DNA of 58,341 bases from Ignisphaera sp. (GTDB lineage Archaea > Thermoproteota > Thermoprotei_A > Sulfolobales > Ignisphaeraceae): the NCBI GenBank assembly GCA_038889075.1, contig JAWAHS010000009.1:1-58341 (forward strand). The letters run 5' to 3'. How positions within the stretch are numbered: the stretch's first letter is position 1; every line of letters starts with the position of its first letter. Both the position numbers and the translations under genes were made by a program. This document shows, piece by piece, positions 8,704 through 18,383 of this stretch. The notes below the pieces were generated by a model. It was not told the origin of the DNA. It saw nothing but the letters and a program-made list of their open reading frames with translations, and did no database searches.

Positions 8704-10131
8704 ATGGTGTACAATAGACTCGGAATGGTTAGAGCGATAATGATACCTAAGCTTATGTGTACACAACATCCAGATTCAACAGTAAAGGTAACAGTTCAAG
8801 AGGAGGTTAATGAAGCAATACAGAGCTATACTATGTATGGTTGTGAGGAGATAATGTCGGATTACGAAGGGAAGCTGACACCATATGCACAGCCTAAAGA
8901 TATAATTATGAAAGCAATAGAGTTGGGTATACCAATTGGTGATAGGCTGTACATCACACCAAGGGTACCCAATCCCAAACTCGAGGACTTCGATAGAGTT
9001 GCACTAACCTTAGAAGCGTCTCTCATAGCAAACTACTACTCGTATATACACCTAGGGACTCAAGCAGTAAAGTGGATCATTTTACCAATGGTCGAGACAA
9101 CAGATGTTGTTAGATTGATCCAGAGACTCATTATAAGAAAGTCGAAGATTCTATGTGAGGAAATGAATGTTCCGTGTCCATTAATGCAACTGATACCCTT
9201 AATCGAAGATTCCTCAAGGCTTATACATGTACATGAATATATCACAGGTCTATATAGTATCCTAAAAGAATTCAATGCTGATTTAGACAATCTAAGGGTA
9301 TTCCTAGGTAAGAGTGATAGTGCTACTAAAAGTGGGCACATAGCTTCTGCACTATCTCTAATATATGCACTTCATAGAATTAGTGAAATAGATAAAGAAC
9401 TTGATGTAAACATAAAGCCGATAATAGGAATGGGTTCTCCGCCATTTAGAGGAGGAATTAACAATCCGAGACTTGTAGATATGGAGGTGGAGCAGTATAA
9501 AGGTTTCTCAACAGTAACAATACAATCAGCAGTGAGATACGATGTTACATACACGGATTACCAAAAGGTGCAGTCAGTTCTATTAAATAACATAGATGGA
9601 GTACCAAGAAGAGTTGATCCAGAAATAATCCAACTTATTGAAAATGCTACGCTGAGATATAGAACTCTGGTAGCTAAATACATCGATATAGTGAATAAAT
9701 ACGCTATGACCATTCCAACAACTAGGGATAGAGTATCGTGGAGGGAGTATGGAAGGAGCATCATCTTAGAGGATAAGATGCTCAGCACACCTAGGGCCAT
9801 CATATATACAGCAACATGGTATGTACTCGGGGTACCGCCACTCTTACTAGATGCGGACTTCATTATAGAGGCATACAAGAAGGACGTCATTGATGATATA
9901 GTTAAGTATATACCATATATAAGGAGGGAGTGGGAATATGAGGTACAGTTCTATGTACCTCATGTAGCAGAGAAGAGGCTTGGTAAAGAAATTGTGTCAA
10001 AAATTAATGAGGCAATAGATGTAATGGGGATAAAGCATGAACCGATTGAACTATACAGTAAACTTATAGAATTAAATCCAATAGAACCATACATACTCTC
10101 GCTAGGAAAGATAAGGGGATTCCTAGGCTGA
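8704..10131 (+). CDS. ppcA: Archaeal-type phosphoenolpyruvate carboxylase
   Basis: IPKLMCTQHPD, DYEGK, TPRVPNP, RVFLGKSD, GSPPFRG, TIQSA, PRAI. Confidence 0.92.
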   Translation: MVYNRLGMVRAIMIPKLMCTQHPDSTVKVTVQEEVNEAIQSYTMYGCEEIMSDYEGKLTPYAQPKDIIMKAIELGIPIGDRLYITPRVPNPKLEDFDRVALTLEASLIANYYSYIHLGTQAVKWIILPMVETTDVVRLIQRLIIRKSKILCEEMNVPCPLMQLIPLIEDSSRLIHVHEYITGLYSILKEFNADLDNLRVFLGKSDSATKSGHIASALSLIYALHRISEIDKELDVNIKPIIGMGSPPFRGGINNPRLVDMEVEQYKGFSTVTIQSAVRYDVTYTDYQKVQSVLLNNIDGVPRRVDPEIIQLIENATLRYRTLVAKYIDIVNKYAMTIPTTRDRVSWREYGRSIILEDKMLSTPRAIIYTATWYVLGVPPLLLDADFIIEAYKKDVIDDIVKYIPYIRREWEYEVQFYVPHVAEKRLGKEIVSKINEAIDVMGIKHEPIELYSKLIELNPIEPYILSLGKIRGFLG

Positions 10132-10359
10132 AAAGTGCTAGTAATCCCCTAATTAAGTAAACGAATACAGCTATACTCGTATCGTAGGTGAAAACTATTT
10201 TAATCTTAGAATAGTTTTTATCGATAGGCATTTGTAGCCTTAATCAATGGCTTACATGATGAATAATCCGGTTACTGAGAAATGATGTACCCCTAAAGCT
10301 GAACAGAATGTATGATCATAGCTTAAAAAGACTGTAGATACATAGTTTTACGATCTAAA

Positions 10360-12027
10360 ATGAAGTGGTACTACATAATCCTAATTTTAGTAGCCATAGC
10401 CTTGGCAATTCTAGGAGCTCTATATACTACACCTAAAAAAGAGGTAGTAGAAACAGTTGCGACGCCAACAGTACCTGTGAAGACGGAAACCACGCCACTT
10501 AAACCAAGTGGAGGTGTTGTTGTATATGCATATAGGGATGCTATAACCGGCATAGATCCTAGTATAGAGTTTGATACGGGTATTGTGGTACTAGGTATAG
10601 TATACGAACCGCTACTATATTACGATCCAACAAGAGATGAATTCAAACCTGCCCTTGCCACCAGCTGGAATAGAGTCAATGAAACGACCTGGATATTTAA
10701 CCTAAGGAAAGATGCCGTATTCCACGATGGAACACGGGTAACAGGCGATGCTGTTAGGTTTAGTATAATGAGGAGTAAGCTGGTCTACGAGGAAAAAGGT
10801 ATAGGACCTGGATGGATATGGGATTGTCTAGAGGATATACATGTAATAAATGAGACGGCTGTGCTATTTAAATTGAAGTATCCAGCGCCACTTCCACTAA
10901 TAGCCTCTTCAGCCTATGGAGCCTTCATCTATAGTCCTAACGTACTAAGCTATGCAAATGCCACGGATATTTTGGATGAGAGAATTAGGCTTTGGTTTGA
11001 ATTTGGTAACGATGTTGGTAGCGGACCCTATAGAATAGCATCATATAAACCGGAATCAGAGGTTGTGCTAAAGAAGTTTAATGAATGGTGGGGATGGAAT
11101 ATAGTAAACAATTCAAAGGCTCCTGAGACAGTAATTATAAAAATAGTTGAGGAACCTGCGGCTCAAGAACTAGGACTATTAGATGGAAGCATTCACATAG
11201 CGACAAACGTGGCCAAAGTAAATATACGGAAAATACTTGCTCAAGGCTATGGAATCGTAAATCAGACTACATTTCACAACTACATACTTATGTTTAATGT
11301 AAAGAAATGGCCTACAAATATAACAGAATTTCGAAAGGCAATTCTGCATGCAATTCCGTGGGATAAGGTGGTGGATTTCGCATTTCACGGATTTGGAAGG
11401 GATGCAAGTGGAATAATACCATTTGGATACCCAGGCTATGTTGAAAATCTTAGGTACGAATACAACTTGACGAAGGCAAGGAAGATTCTAGAGAGACTGA
11501 ATATATCAAATATAAAATTAGAGTTTGTCATAGTATCGGGATACGAAGAGGAGGAGAGATTCGCCTCACTTTTAAAATCCTCACTAAACCAGCTAGATAT
11601 AGATGTGGATATAGTTGCCCTTCCATGGGAACAGGTAAAGGAACGGGGAACAGCTGTGTGGAGAAATGCTGATGAAGCACCACATCTAATAATAAATGAT
11701 TGGTGGCCTACGTATCCAACCCCATACGACTATCTCTACATTCTGCATAGCAGTAATATTGAATGGAATTGGAGCGGATATGAGAATTTAGAATACGATG
11801 ATCTAATTGATAGAGCTTTCCAATTGGAGGGAATAGATTATGCCCAATCTATGGAGATGTATAGGAGGGCGCAGGAGATTATATTCGAAGATGCTATAGC
11901 AATTAGCATATGCGACTCTATACAACCATATATCTACGACACGGACAAAATTAGATTTAGAGATGAGGCATTCAATCCACTGTACATGTTTGTGGTATTC
12001 TTCCAATATGTAGAGGTGGTATCCTGA
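10360..12027 (+). CDS. Peptide/nickel ABC transporter substrate-binding protein (family 5)
   Basis: N-terminal membrane anchor, VYEPLL, FNLRKDAVFHDG, GSGPY. Confidence 0.88.
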   Translation: MKWYYIILILVAIALAILGALYTTPKKEVVETVATPTVPVKTETTPLKPSGGVVVYAYRDAITGIDPSIEFDTGIVVLGIVYEPLLYYDPTRDEFKPALATSWNRVNETTWIFNLRKDAVFHDGTRVTGDAVRFSIMRSKLVYEEKGIGPGWIWDCLEDIHVINETAVLFKLKYPAPLPLIASSAYGAFIYSPNVLSYANATDILDERIRLWFEFGNDVGSGPYRIASYKPESEVVLKKFNEWWGWNIVNNSKAPETVIIKIVEEPAAQELGLLDGSIHIATNVAKVNIRKILAQGYGIVNQTTFHNYILMFNVKKWPTNITEFRKAILHAIPWDKVVDFAFHGFGRDASGIIPFGYPGYVENLRYEYNLTKARKILERLNISNIKLEFVIVSGYEEEERFASLLKSSLNQLDIDVDIVALPWEQVKERGTAVWRNADEAPHLIINDWWPTYPTPYDYLYILHSSNIEWNWSGYENLEYDDLIDRAFQLEGIDYAQSMEMYRRAQEIIFEDAIAISICDSIQPYIYDTDKIRFRDEAFNPLYMFVVFFQYVEVVS

Positions 12028-12042
12028 GGTATAGAGAGGAAA

Positions 12043-13059
12043 ATGTTTTCACTAAATTATATCATTAAAAGAGCAGCAACAGCTATTGCCATAGTATTGG
12101 GAATACTGGTGCTTACATACATCCTCATATACCTCTCTCCTGGAAACCCTGCATATACATGGGCCGGAAGACCTAGGGGGCCAAAAGCAGAGGAAGCTAT
12201 AAAGATAGCAGAAGAGGAACTCGGTTTAAATAAGCCCCTCTATCTCCAGCTCTATACACATATAAATAGGTTTTTTAGAGGTGATTGGGGAACATCATTA
12301 CGATTTAAACAACCTGTAATGCAGGTAGTCATCAGAAACCTCATAGCTTCACTAGAGCTTCTAACAATAGCTTTCACCATAGCAATACCACTTGGTATAT
12401 TTCTTGGAGTAACGTCAGCCCTATATAGGGGTTACCTAGTGGATAAGGTGCTGTATATAGCATCATCACTCTTTATTTCATTTCCAAGATTCTGGATAGC
12501 GATCATGCTATCTGTATTTCTACAGACACTAGGAATAAATCTATTCGGACGTATAGCACCTAGCTACACGTTAATGATAGAAGGTGTTACGGGTTCCCAT
12601 ATAATAGATAGCGTAATTAGTGGTAGGATAGACATACTTATAGATGTTCTAATAAGAATTTTACCCCCTGCAATAGTGGTTGCACTATACCCAATGGCAC
12701 TTACAATAAGAGTTCTCAGATATTCAATCTCAGAGAAGCTACATGAGGAGTATGTAAAGCAAGCGATATCTTTTGGTCTTTCAAGAAACAAAGTTGTATA
12801 TAGGTATGCCCTAAAAGGGGTTATACCCACCATTTCACAACTGCATGGAATAACATTCGCATACAGTATCATAGATGCAGCAACTGTTGAAAATATATTT
12901 GGCAGAGATGGTATAGGTAGTGCTATTGTTAAAGCAATTCCCTATAGTGATTATCCACTTATAATAGGGTTGCTAGCGGTAGTGGGGATACTATTTATAC
13001 TCATTAATACAATAGCAGATGTAATTCAAGCAGCTTCTGATCCAAGGGTGAGAATATGA
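12043..13059 (+). CDS. Peptide ABC transporter permease (DppB/OppB type)
   Basis: PGNPA, GLNKPL, GDWGTS, EAA-like loop, hydrophobic. Confidence 0.88.
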   Translation: MFSLNYIIKRAATAIAIVLGILVLTYILIYLSPGNPAYTWAGRPRGPKAEEAIKIAEEELGLNKPLYLQLYTHINRFFRGDWGTSLRFKQPVMQVVIRNLIASLELLTIAFTIAIPLGIFLGVTSALYRGYLVDKVLYIASSLFISFPRFWIAIMLSVFLQTLGINLFGRIAPSYTLMIEGVTGSHIIDSVISGRIDILIDVLIRILPPAIVVALYPMALTIRVLRYSISEKLHEEYVKQAISFGLSRNKVVYRYALKGVIPTISQLHGITFAYSIIDAATVENIFGRDGIGSAIVKAIPYSDYPLIIGLLAVVGILFILINTIADVIQAASDPRVRI

Positions 13060-13979
13060 GTGGCTCTAAAGTAAAGATTGTACTGAGGGGTTTTCTTAGC
13101 TTGCTTAAAACAAGTAGAAAATTTTCTATAGGCTTTACAATTGTGGCAATAATGGTTATCTTAAGTATCATAGGATTGGTCAAGACACCCTACCATCTAG
13201 AGGGATGGGGTATTGTTACCGAAGAAGCAATAAAGAGACAAGGACTAGCTCCGTGTCTTCCGTTTAACTGTCCCAGCATTAATCATATATTTGGAACTGA
13301 TGATATGGGTAGAGATTTGTTAAGTAGAATACTCGTGGGTGCGCATCTCGCATTGATTCAGACAGTTACTGTCGTCATTATCAGTATTACTCTAGGTATT
13401 TTGATGGGAGTCGCAGCAGGCTATTCAAATACATTTATAGAGAAGATATCTACGTATATAGTAGAACTCTTTATCATAATTCCGTCGATGGTTTTGGCAG
13501 CCGCTTTTATAACCATTATTGGAAGAGGTATGCAATCGGTGTTAATGGCACTAATACTTACCTGGAGTCCGTGGTATGGTAGACTGACATATATCTTAGT
13601 GAGACAGATTAGGGAATTGGACTTTATAAAGATTTGCGAAGCCATGGGCTTTTCGAAAACATACATAGTATTTAAACATATCCTACCAAATGTAGCTCCT
13701 ATAATATTTGTTGAAGGTATAACAGATTCGAGTTCAGTATTGATAGAGATAGCATCTATAAATTTTCTAATAGGAGTAGCATCGCTTACTTCTATAGATT
13801 TACCTGATTGGGGAATGATCGTTGGCTATGGTATTAGATATGTTAGAACTTTTTGGTGGATAAGCTTCTTTCCAGGACTATTTATAGCGCTAACAGCATT
13901 TGGTCTAATGCTACTAGGGGATGGTTTAAGTGAAACGTCAAGTCCATGGTTGAAGAGGAGGTGGAGACTATGGTTTTAG
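13056..13979 (+). CDS. Peptide ABC transporter permease (DppC/OppC type)
   Basis: HIFGTDDMGRDLLSR, KHILPN, PDWG, WWISFFPG. Confidence 0.88.
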   Translation: MSGSKVKIVLRGFLSLLKTSRKFSIGFTIVAIMVILSIIGLVKTPYHLEGWGIVTEEAIKRQGLAPCLPFNCPSINHIFGTDDMGRDLLSRILVGAHLALIQTVTVVIISITLGILMGVAAGYSNTFIEKISTYIVELFIIIPSMVLAAAFITIIGRGMQSVLMALILTWSPWYGRLTYILVRQIRELDFIKICEAMGFSKTYIVFKHILPNVAPIIFVEGITDSSSVLIEIASINFLIGVASLTSIDLPDWGMIVGYGIRYVRTFWWISFFPGLFIALTAFGLMLLGDGLSETSSPWLKRRWRLWF

Positions 13980-14908
13980 ATAGTATGGCAGTTAGGGCAA
14001 GAAATCTATGGGTAGGTTATGAGGAAGCGAATAGGATTCTATGGGCCTTAAATGGGATAAACATTGATGTGCCAAAGGGTGTAGCATTTTGTATTGTTGG
14101 AGAAAGTGGTTCAGGTAAATCAACCTTTGGGAATGCTATAGCTGGTTTACTACCACCATATGCGATAACAAAGGGGTGTCTCGAGGTGTACAACATTAAT
14201 GTTATTAATGGTGATAGAGTAAATTACAGTAATATAAGAGGTAATATTGTTGTCAGGATACCGCAGAATCCTATAGCTGCTCTTAATCCGTATCTAAAAA
14301 TAGAATCCATATTTTTTGATGTATTAAAACAGCGATTTAAAATTGCATCAAAGGATAAAGCTCTTGAAATTGCTTTAAAATCGATTAGAGCCGTTGGTCT
14401 ACCAGATGATGTTCTAAATAGATATCCTCATCAACTATCAGGTGGAATGAGTCAAAGGGTAGCTATAGCACTTACTATTGCCATCAATCCTGAGATCGTT
14501 ATAGCGGATGAACCTACAAGTAATCTAGATGCTTATCTAAAGGGTGCTACACTAAATCTTCTAAAGAATATTGTTAGTGTAGGAAAGACTCTAATTGTAA
14601 TAACACACGATATAGTTTTCGCTTCAGCACTATGTAGTTTTATAGCAGTAATGTTTATGGGTAATATAGTAGAGGTAGGAAGAACGGAAGAGGTACTATC
14701 AAATCCCCTTCACCTATATACTAAAGAGCTTATCGATGCTGCAAACCTAAACTTTAGGGATTTCAAATATATCAATAACAAACCTGAGGTTACGCTGGAG
14801 AAATGCGCCTATGCCTATAGATGTCCACACTATTCTGAGAAATGTAATAGGAAGCCAGACCTACGTTACATTAATAAAACACATGGTGTTGCATGCTGGA
14901 ATCTTTAA
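13970..14908 (+). CDS. Peptide ABC transporter ATPase (DppD type)
   Basis: GESGSGKS, YPHQLSGGMSQR, IADEPT, C-terminal Cys cluster; start at ATG 13970 after GGAGGTGG. Confidence 0.88.
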   Translation: MVLDSMAVRARNLWVGYEEANRILWALNGINIDVPKGVAFCIVGESGSGKSTFGNAIAGLLPPYAITKGCLEVYNINVINGDRVNYSNIRGNIVVRIPQNPIAALNPYLKIESIFFDVLKQRFKIASKDKALEIALKSIRAVGLPDDVLNRYPHQLSGGMSQRVAIALTIAINPEIVIADEPTSNLDAYLKGATLNLLKNIVSVGKTLIVITHDIVFASALCSFIAVMFMGNIVEVGRTEEVLSNPLHLYTKELIDAANLNFRDFKYINNKPEVTLEKCAYAYRCPHYSEKCNRKPDLRYINKTHGVACWNL

Positions 14909-15834
14909 AAGAATTCATAAATGTAAAAGATTTGTGGATAAGCTATAGAGTTCCAAGAATATGGTGGTTTGGTTACTCAGACATAGATGTTGTTAAGGGA
15001 GTCTCTTTTTCTGTTAGCTATGGTGAATGTTACGGATTAGTTGGTGAAAGTGGTAGCGGTAAAACAACGATACTGAAGGCATTTATGAGATTGGTAAAGC
15101 CGTATAGAGGTTCGATATATATAGATAATGTAGATATTTACAAGGATGATAGATGGGGGAAAGAGATTGCAAAGAGAATAGGTTATGTATCGCAAGATCC
15201 CCTAACATCTGTAGATCCAAGGATGAAGATAAAGGATATAGTTGCAGAGCCATTAATAGCCTTAGGTGTAGACCGAGAGAAAGCAGTAGAAAGGGTAGCG
15301 ACACTACTAGAGCTTGTAGGGCTTAATATAGAGATTATGGATAAATATCCATTTGAATTGAGTGGTGGAATGCTTCAGAGGGTTATAATTACAAGATCGA
15401 TTATCTCCAATCCAAAGCTTGTTTTACTCGATGAACCAACCTCTGCTCTAGATGTCATTACGCAGGCGCAGATTTTAAAGCTTCTTAAAGATCTTAAAGA
15501 TATGATGAATTTTACATACATACTGGTTACTCACGATCTCAATGTTGCTAGGTATATATCAAATAGAATTGGAGTATTGTTGAAGGGATACCTGATTGAA
15601 GAGGGGGGCGTTAAGAGGATTATCAGCGAGCCGCTCCATCCATATACGAAGATTATAGTAGATGCGTTTAAACTGAAAGATGTAGGAGAACTTAGATACT
15701 CTTCTACCGGATGTCCATTATATACTGTATGTAAGTATAGGGAAGATATATGTGGCAGGGAGATGCCACCACCCATACATATTAATGGTGATGTAGTACG
15801 CTGTTGGTATTTTAAAAATTTTAAAAATAGATAG
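14893..15834 (+). CDS. Peptide ABC transporter ATPase (DppF type)
   Basis: GESGSGKT, LSGGMLQR, LLDEPTSALD, HPYT, C-terminal Cys cluster. Confidence 0.88.
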   Translation: MLESLKEFINVKDLWISYRVPRIWWFGYSDIDVVKGVSFSVSYGECYGLVGESGSGKTTILKAFMRLVKPYRGSIYIDNVDIYKDDRWGKEIAKRIGYVSQDPLTSVDPRMKIKDIVAEPLIALGVDREKAVERVATLLELVGLNIEIMDKYPFELSGGMLQRVIITRSIISNPKLVLLDEPTSALDVITQAQILKLLKDLKDMMNFTYILVTHDLNVARYISNRIGVLLKGYLIEEGGVKRIISEPLHPYTKIIVDAFKLKDVGELRYSSTGCPLYTVCKYREDICGREMPPPIHINGDVVRCWYFKNFKNR

Positions 15835-16046
15835 AGTTTTTCACCATATAGTGTTATGCACAGCTAGGACTTCTGGGTTTCATAGCTTCAAAGCAAAACT
15901 CTATGTACTTAATTATGGTTTAGGTATGTATCTAAAAATAGGCATTGTTAGTCAGTTATAAGTAGGTAGTTAACAGTCTATATTATCTAGATTGGGTGAA
16001 ATCTCTGATACGTAGGGGTAGTAGAGGCCGTATTGGGTGAATGAAT

Positions 16047-16856
16047 ATGAGTGCCGGGAAGAAGCATGTGCATGCATTTGGTGCATCTAGACGGTGGCTT
16101 AGTAGTGAAAGGGTAGCAGTTAGTGTTCTCGAAGAGCTCGGCTATAACGTTCTTGAGATGAGGAAAAAAGTTGTTGTAAATGAGACTGTGGTTGGAGAGG
16201 TCGATGCCGTTGTTGACGATGGTACTGGACAGCTATTTGCGGTTGAAATAAAGGCTGGGAAGATAGATATCTCAGGAATAAGGCAGGCCTATGTCAATTC
16301 AGTTATTCTTGGAATGAAGCCTCTTGTTATATGTAAGGGCTTTGCTGATGATGCGGCTAAAGAGCTCGCTGAAAAGCTCGGTGTAAAGATCATTCAACTA
16401 TCTGATATATTTCTAGTTGAGAGCGAGGAGCTTGAAATCATACTTCGTGAGGTTGTTGAGGACGCTATAGCTAATTACTTTGAGATTTTCTATGGAATGC
16501 CCCATAATATCAACCCTAGCTATATGGAGATTTTAAAGACTGTAGCAGAAACTGCAACAATTGATGAAGCTGCTGAAAGACTTGGTACGGATACACGCAC
16601 TCTTATGAAGAGAATAGATGAGATGAGAAATGCTGGTATCATACCGAGATGGGCTAAGAGATACGTAGCTTTGAAGCGTATTGCTCAACTATTTATCCAA
16701 AGGCAAAACATTTTCAAGTTAATGAATGATATAGCAAATTATCATGAATTATTAAAATCTGTTGAACAGCAGTTAAATCAATTGATGCAATTGTTATCAA
16801 CTATGCAAAAACAGATGGACAAGATACAGCAGCTACCAAGACAAGTATCTACTTGA
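16047..16856 (+). CDS. PD-(D/E)XK (RecB/Mrr-like) nuclease-fold protein with an HTH-like segment and C-terminal coiled coil
   Basis: E..GEVDAV..AVEIKAG..IRQA motif; IDEAAERLG HTH-like; Gln/Leu-rich tail. Confidence 0.7.
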   Translation: MSAGKKHVHAFGASRRWLSSERVAVSVLEELGYNVLEMRKKVVVNETVVGEVDAVVDDGTGQLFAVEIKAGKIDISGIRQAYVNSVILGMKPLVICKGFADDAAKELAEKLGVKIIQLSDIFLVESEELEIILREVVEDAIANYFEIFYGMPHNINPSYMEILKTVAETATIDEAAERLGTDTRTLMKRIDEMRNAGIIPRWAKRYVALKRIAQLFIQRQNIFKLMNDIANYHELLKSVEQQLNQLMQLLSTMQKQMDKIQQLPRQVST

Positions 16857-16859
16857 GCT

Positions 16860-17005
16860 AGAGCAATCTGTTCAATAGGGGTTCAGCTCTGATATAGGTT
16901 TATATTGGTTGATGTCATTGCCTCATCTCTTGTTCCCCTGCATTCCAGTCGGGTTCTCATTGGGCTTGGGGGTGTTTAGGGTGATCCCGGGCACCCCACA
17001 TCTTG
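16860..17005 (-). ncRNA. Putative TnpB omegaRNA/reRNA scaffold plus flanking guide (boundaries approximate)
   Basis: GC-rich tract overlapping the tnpB 3' end (GATGTGGGGTGCCCGGGATCACCCTAAAC...GCAGGGGAAC); the position is typical for TnpB guide RNAs. Confidence 0.45.
16881..16914. repeat. Inverted repeat at the tnpB 3' end of the element
   Basis: Reverse complement CATCAACCAATATAAACCTATATCAGAGCTGAAC matches 18330-18364 at 21 of the first 23 nt. Confidence 0.75.
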
Positions 17006-18122
17006 AGTACCTGTAGAATAGGTTTATGCATGCAACCACATCTCTATCTCCTGTGGATCCACATCTACTGCATCCCAGTACTCTACCACTGCTATCCTCT
17101 AACCTGCTTCCACATCTCGGACATGTTGATGAAGTCTTTTCTGGGTTAACATATCTAACTGCTAGTCCTCTCTCCAGTACTTCATATACTATGGTGAACT
17201 GCATCTTTCTGTAGAACCATAGCGATAGCTTTTTGTTGAAATTGCTACCTCTATTCACGTTACTCCTGAGATTGCTTAGGTTTTCAAGAACTATGGTTGA
17301 GCTGTGCTCAACAGCTAGCTCAGCAATATTATCTCCAACTTTGTGAGCATAGTCCCAGGCTATGCTCCTTATTCTCTCACCATGTCTTCTAATCGCTCTC
17401 CTAACACCTCTGATGAACCTCCACGATCTAGAGTACCTTCTCTGAATCCTCTCAATCCATATCCTATGCGTCAACATCCTCCTGAGAGGTGTCTTGAACC
17501 GCTTCAGCTTCAGCAACTTTCCACTAGATGTGAACACAGCTAGTGTAACATTGTCGAAGTTAACATCGATAGCCATTACGGTTCTAGTTCTCCTTGATTT
17601 AACTGTTCTCCTGAAGTATACCGCTACATAGACCTCGTCTTCAACTACCTTCACAGCTATCTCATAGTTACTCCACTCTTTGTATTTCTCTATCCTATCA
17701 ATAGATGTTAGTAGTTTTAATATAACCTCTTCATTATTGTGTATCTTTAGGGTAAGCGTTCTATTCTCTAGATCAAGCTTGTAGTTGTATCTATCTACTC
17801 TAGCTGTTAGTTTTCTGAGAACTGGTTTCTTTCCACTATTCCTCTTACCAGCTTTAACAACTGTTTTAGCGTAGATATATATCTGCTTAACGTGGTGTGC
17901 TCTAAAACCAGATTCCCTAAGCTCTGAGTAGAGCATTCTGTGTAGAGCTTTAATTGAAGGTATTTCGCTTAAACTCCACAACCTGTTTACAGCTAGCTGA
18001 ACAGCATCACGATAGAGCTTCAGAAACTCGAGTAGAGTAAGATAGTCATCACCACCCTTGGGGAGAGCCCTCATCCTAAGAGCCTCAACAAGCTCTCCAC
18101 CCCTCACCGAGTAGCTCACCAC
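16923..18122 (-). CDS. tnpB: RNA-guided endonuclease TnpB
   Basis: RuvC-I AIDVN, RuvC-II VLENL, zinc finger CPRC..CSRC, RuvC-III DRDVVACINL; D-E-D triad present. Confidence 0.93.
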   Translation of the reverse strand: MVSYSVRGGELVEALRMRALPKGGDDYLTLLEFLKLYRDAVQLAVNRLWSLSEIPSIKALHRMLYSELRESGFRAHHVKQIYIYAKTVVKAGKRNSGKKPVLRKLTARVDRYNYKLDLENRTLTLKIHNNEEVILKLLTSIDRIEKYKEWSNYEIAVKVVEDEVYVAVYFRRTVKSRRTRTVMAIDVNFDNVTLAVFTSSGKLLKLKRFKTPLRRMLTHRIWIERIQRRYSRSWRFIRGVRRAIRRHGERIRSIAWDYAHKVGDNIAELAVEHSSTIVLENLSNLRSNVNRGSNFNKKLSLWFYRKMQFTIVYEVLERGLAVRYVNPEKTSSTCPRCGSRLEDSSGRVLGCSRCGSTGDRDVVACINLFYRYSRCGVPGITLNTPKPNENPTGMQGNKR

Positions 18123-18185
18123 ATCTAGAACTATAGAGTAGAGCTTATAATCTTTTCTCTCCAGTATCTATATAGGTGGATATAT

Positions 18186-18329
18186 ATGGCTAGAATCGAG
18201 CTGGTTAGATGTAGCATTATAAAGTATAGGAGGGGGGACTACATCCTCTACCCACTAGGAAGGGACAAGGAGAAGATAAAACACCTACACGGAAAAGAAG
18301 TCTATACACTAATCATAGCAGAAGAGTAG
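18186..18329 (+). CDS. 47-aa small protein inside the TnpB element (possible AbrB/DUF2080-like)
   Basis: AGGTGG SD then ATG; MARIELVRCSIIKYRRGDYILYPLGRDKEKIKHLHGKEVYTLIIAEE; below the ORF-track size cutoff. Confidence 0.65.
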   Translation: MARIELVRCSIIKYRRGDYILYPLGRDKEKIKHLHGKEVYTLIIAEE

Positions 18330-18364
18330 CATCAAACAATACAAACCTATATGAAAACCGAAAC
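18330..18364. repeat. Inverted repeat at the other end of the TnpB element
   Basis: CATCAAACAATACAAACCTATATGAAAACCGAAAC, inverted copy of 16881-16914. Confidence 0.75.
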
Positions 18365-18383
18365 AGTTGCGATAGGCTGTCAT

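Larger units (their letters stand above)
16881..18364 (-). mobile_element. Non-autonomous TnpB element (IS200/IS605/IS607 group) lacking tnpA, bounded by imperfect inverted repeats
   Basis: tnpB plus a divergent 47-aa ORF between ~34-bp inverted ends; inserted between two convergent genes. Confidence 0.75.

Noticed and set aside
18071-18124. SD-like GGGGTGG followed by an out-of-frame TTG near the tnpB start
   Set aside because: tnpB has in-frame GTGs at the predicted TSS and after GGTGA; not biosynthetic; counted as a chance occurrence and a caveat for the uORF hypothesis
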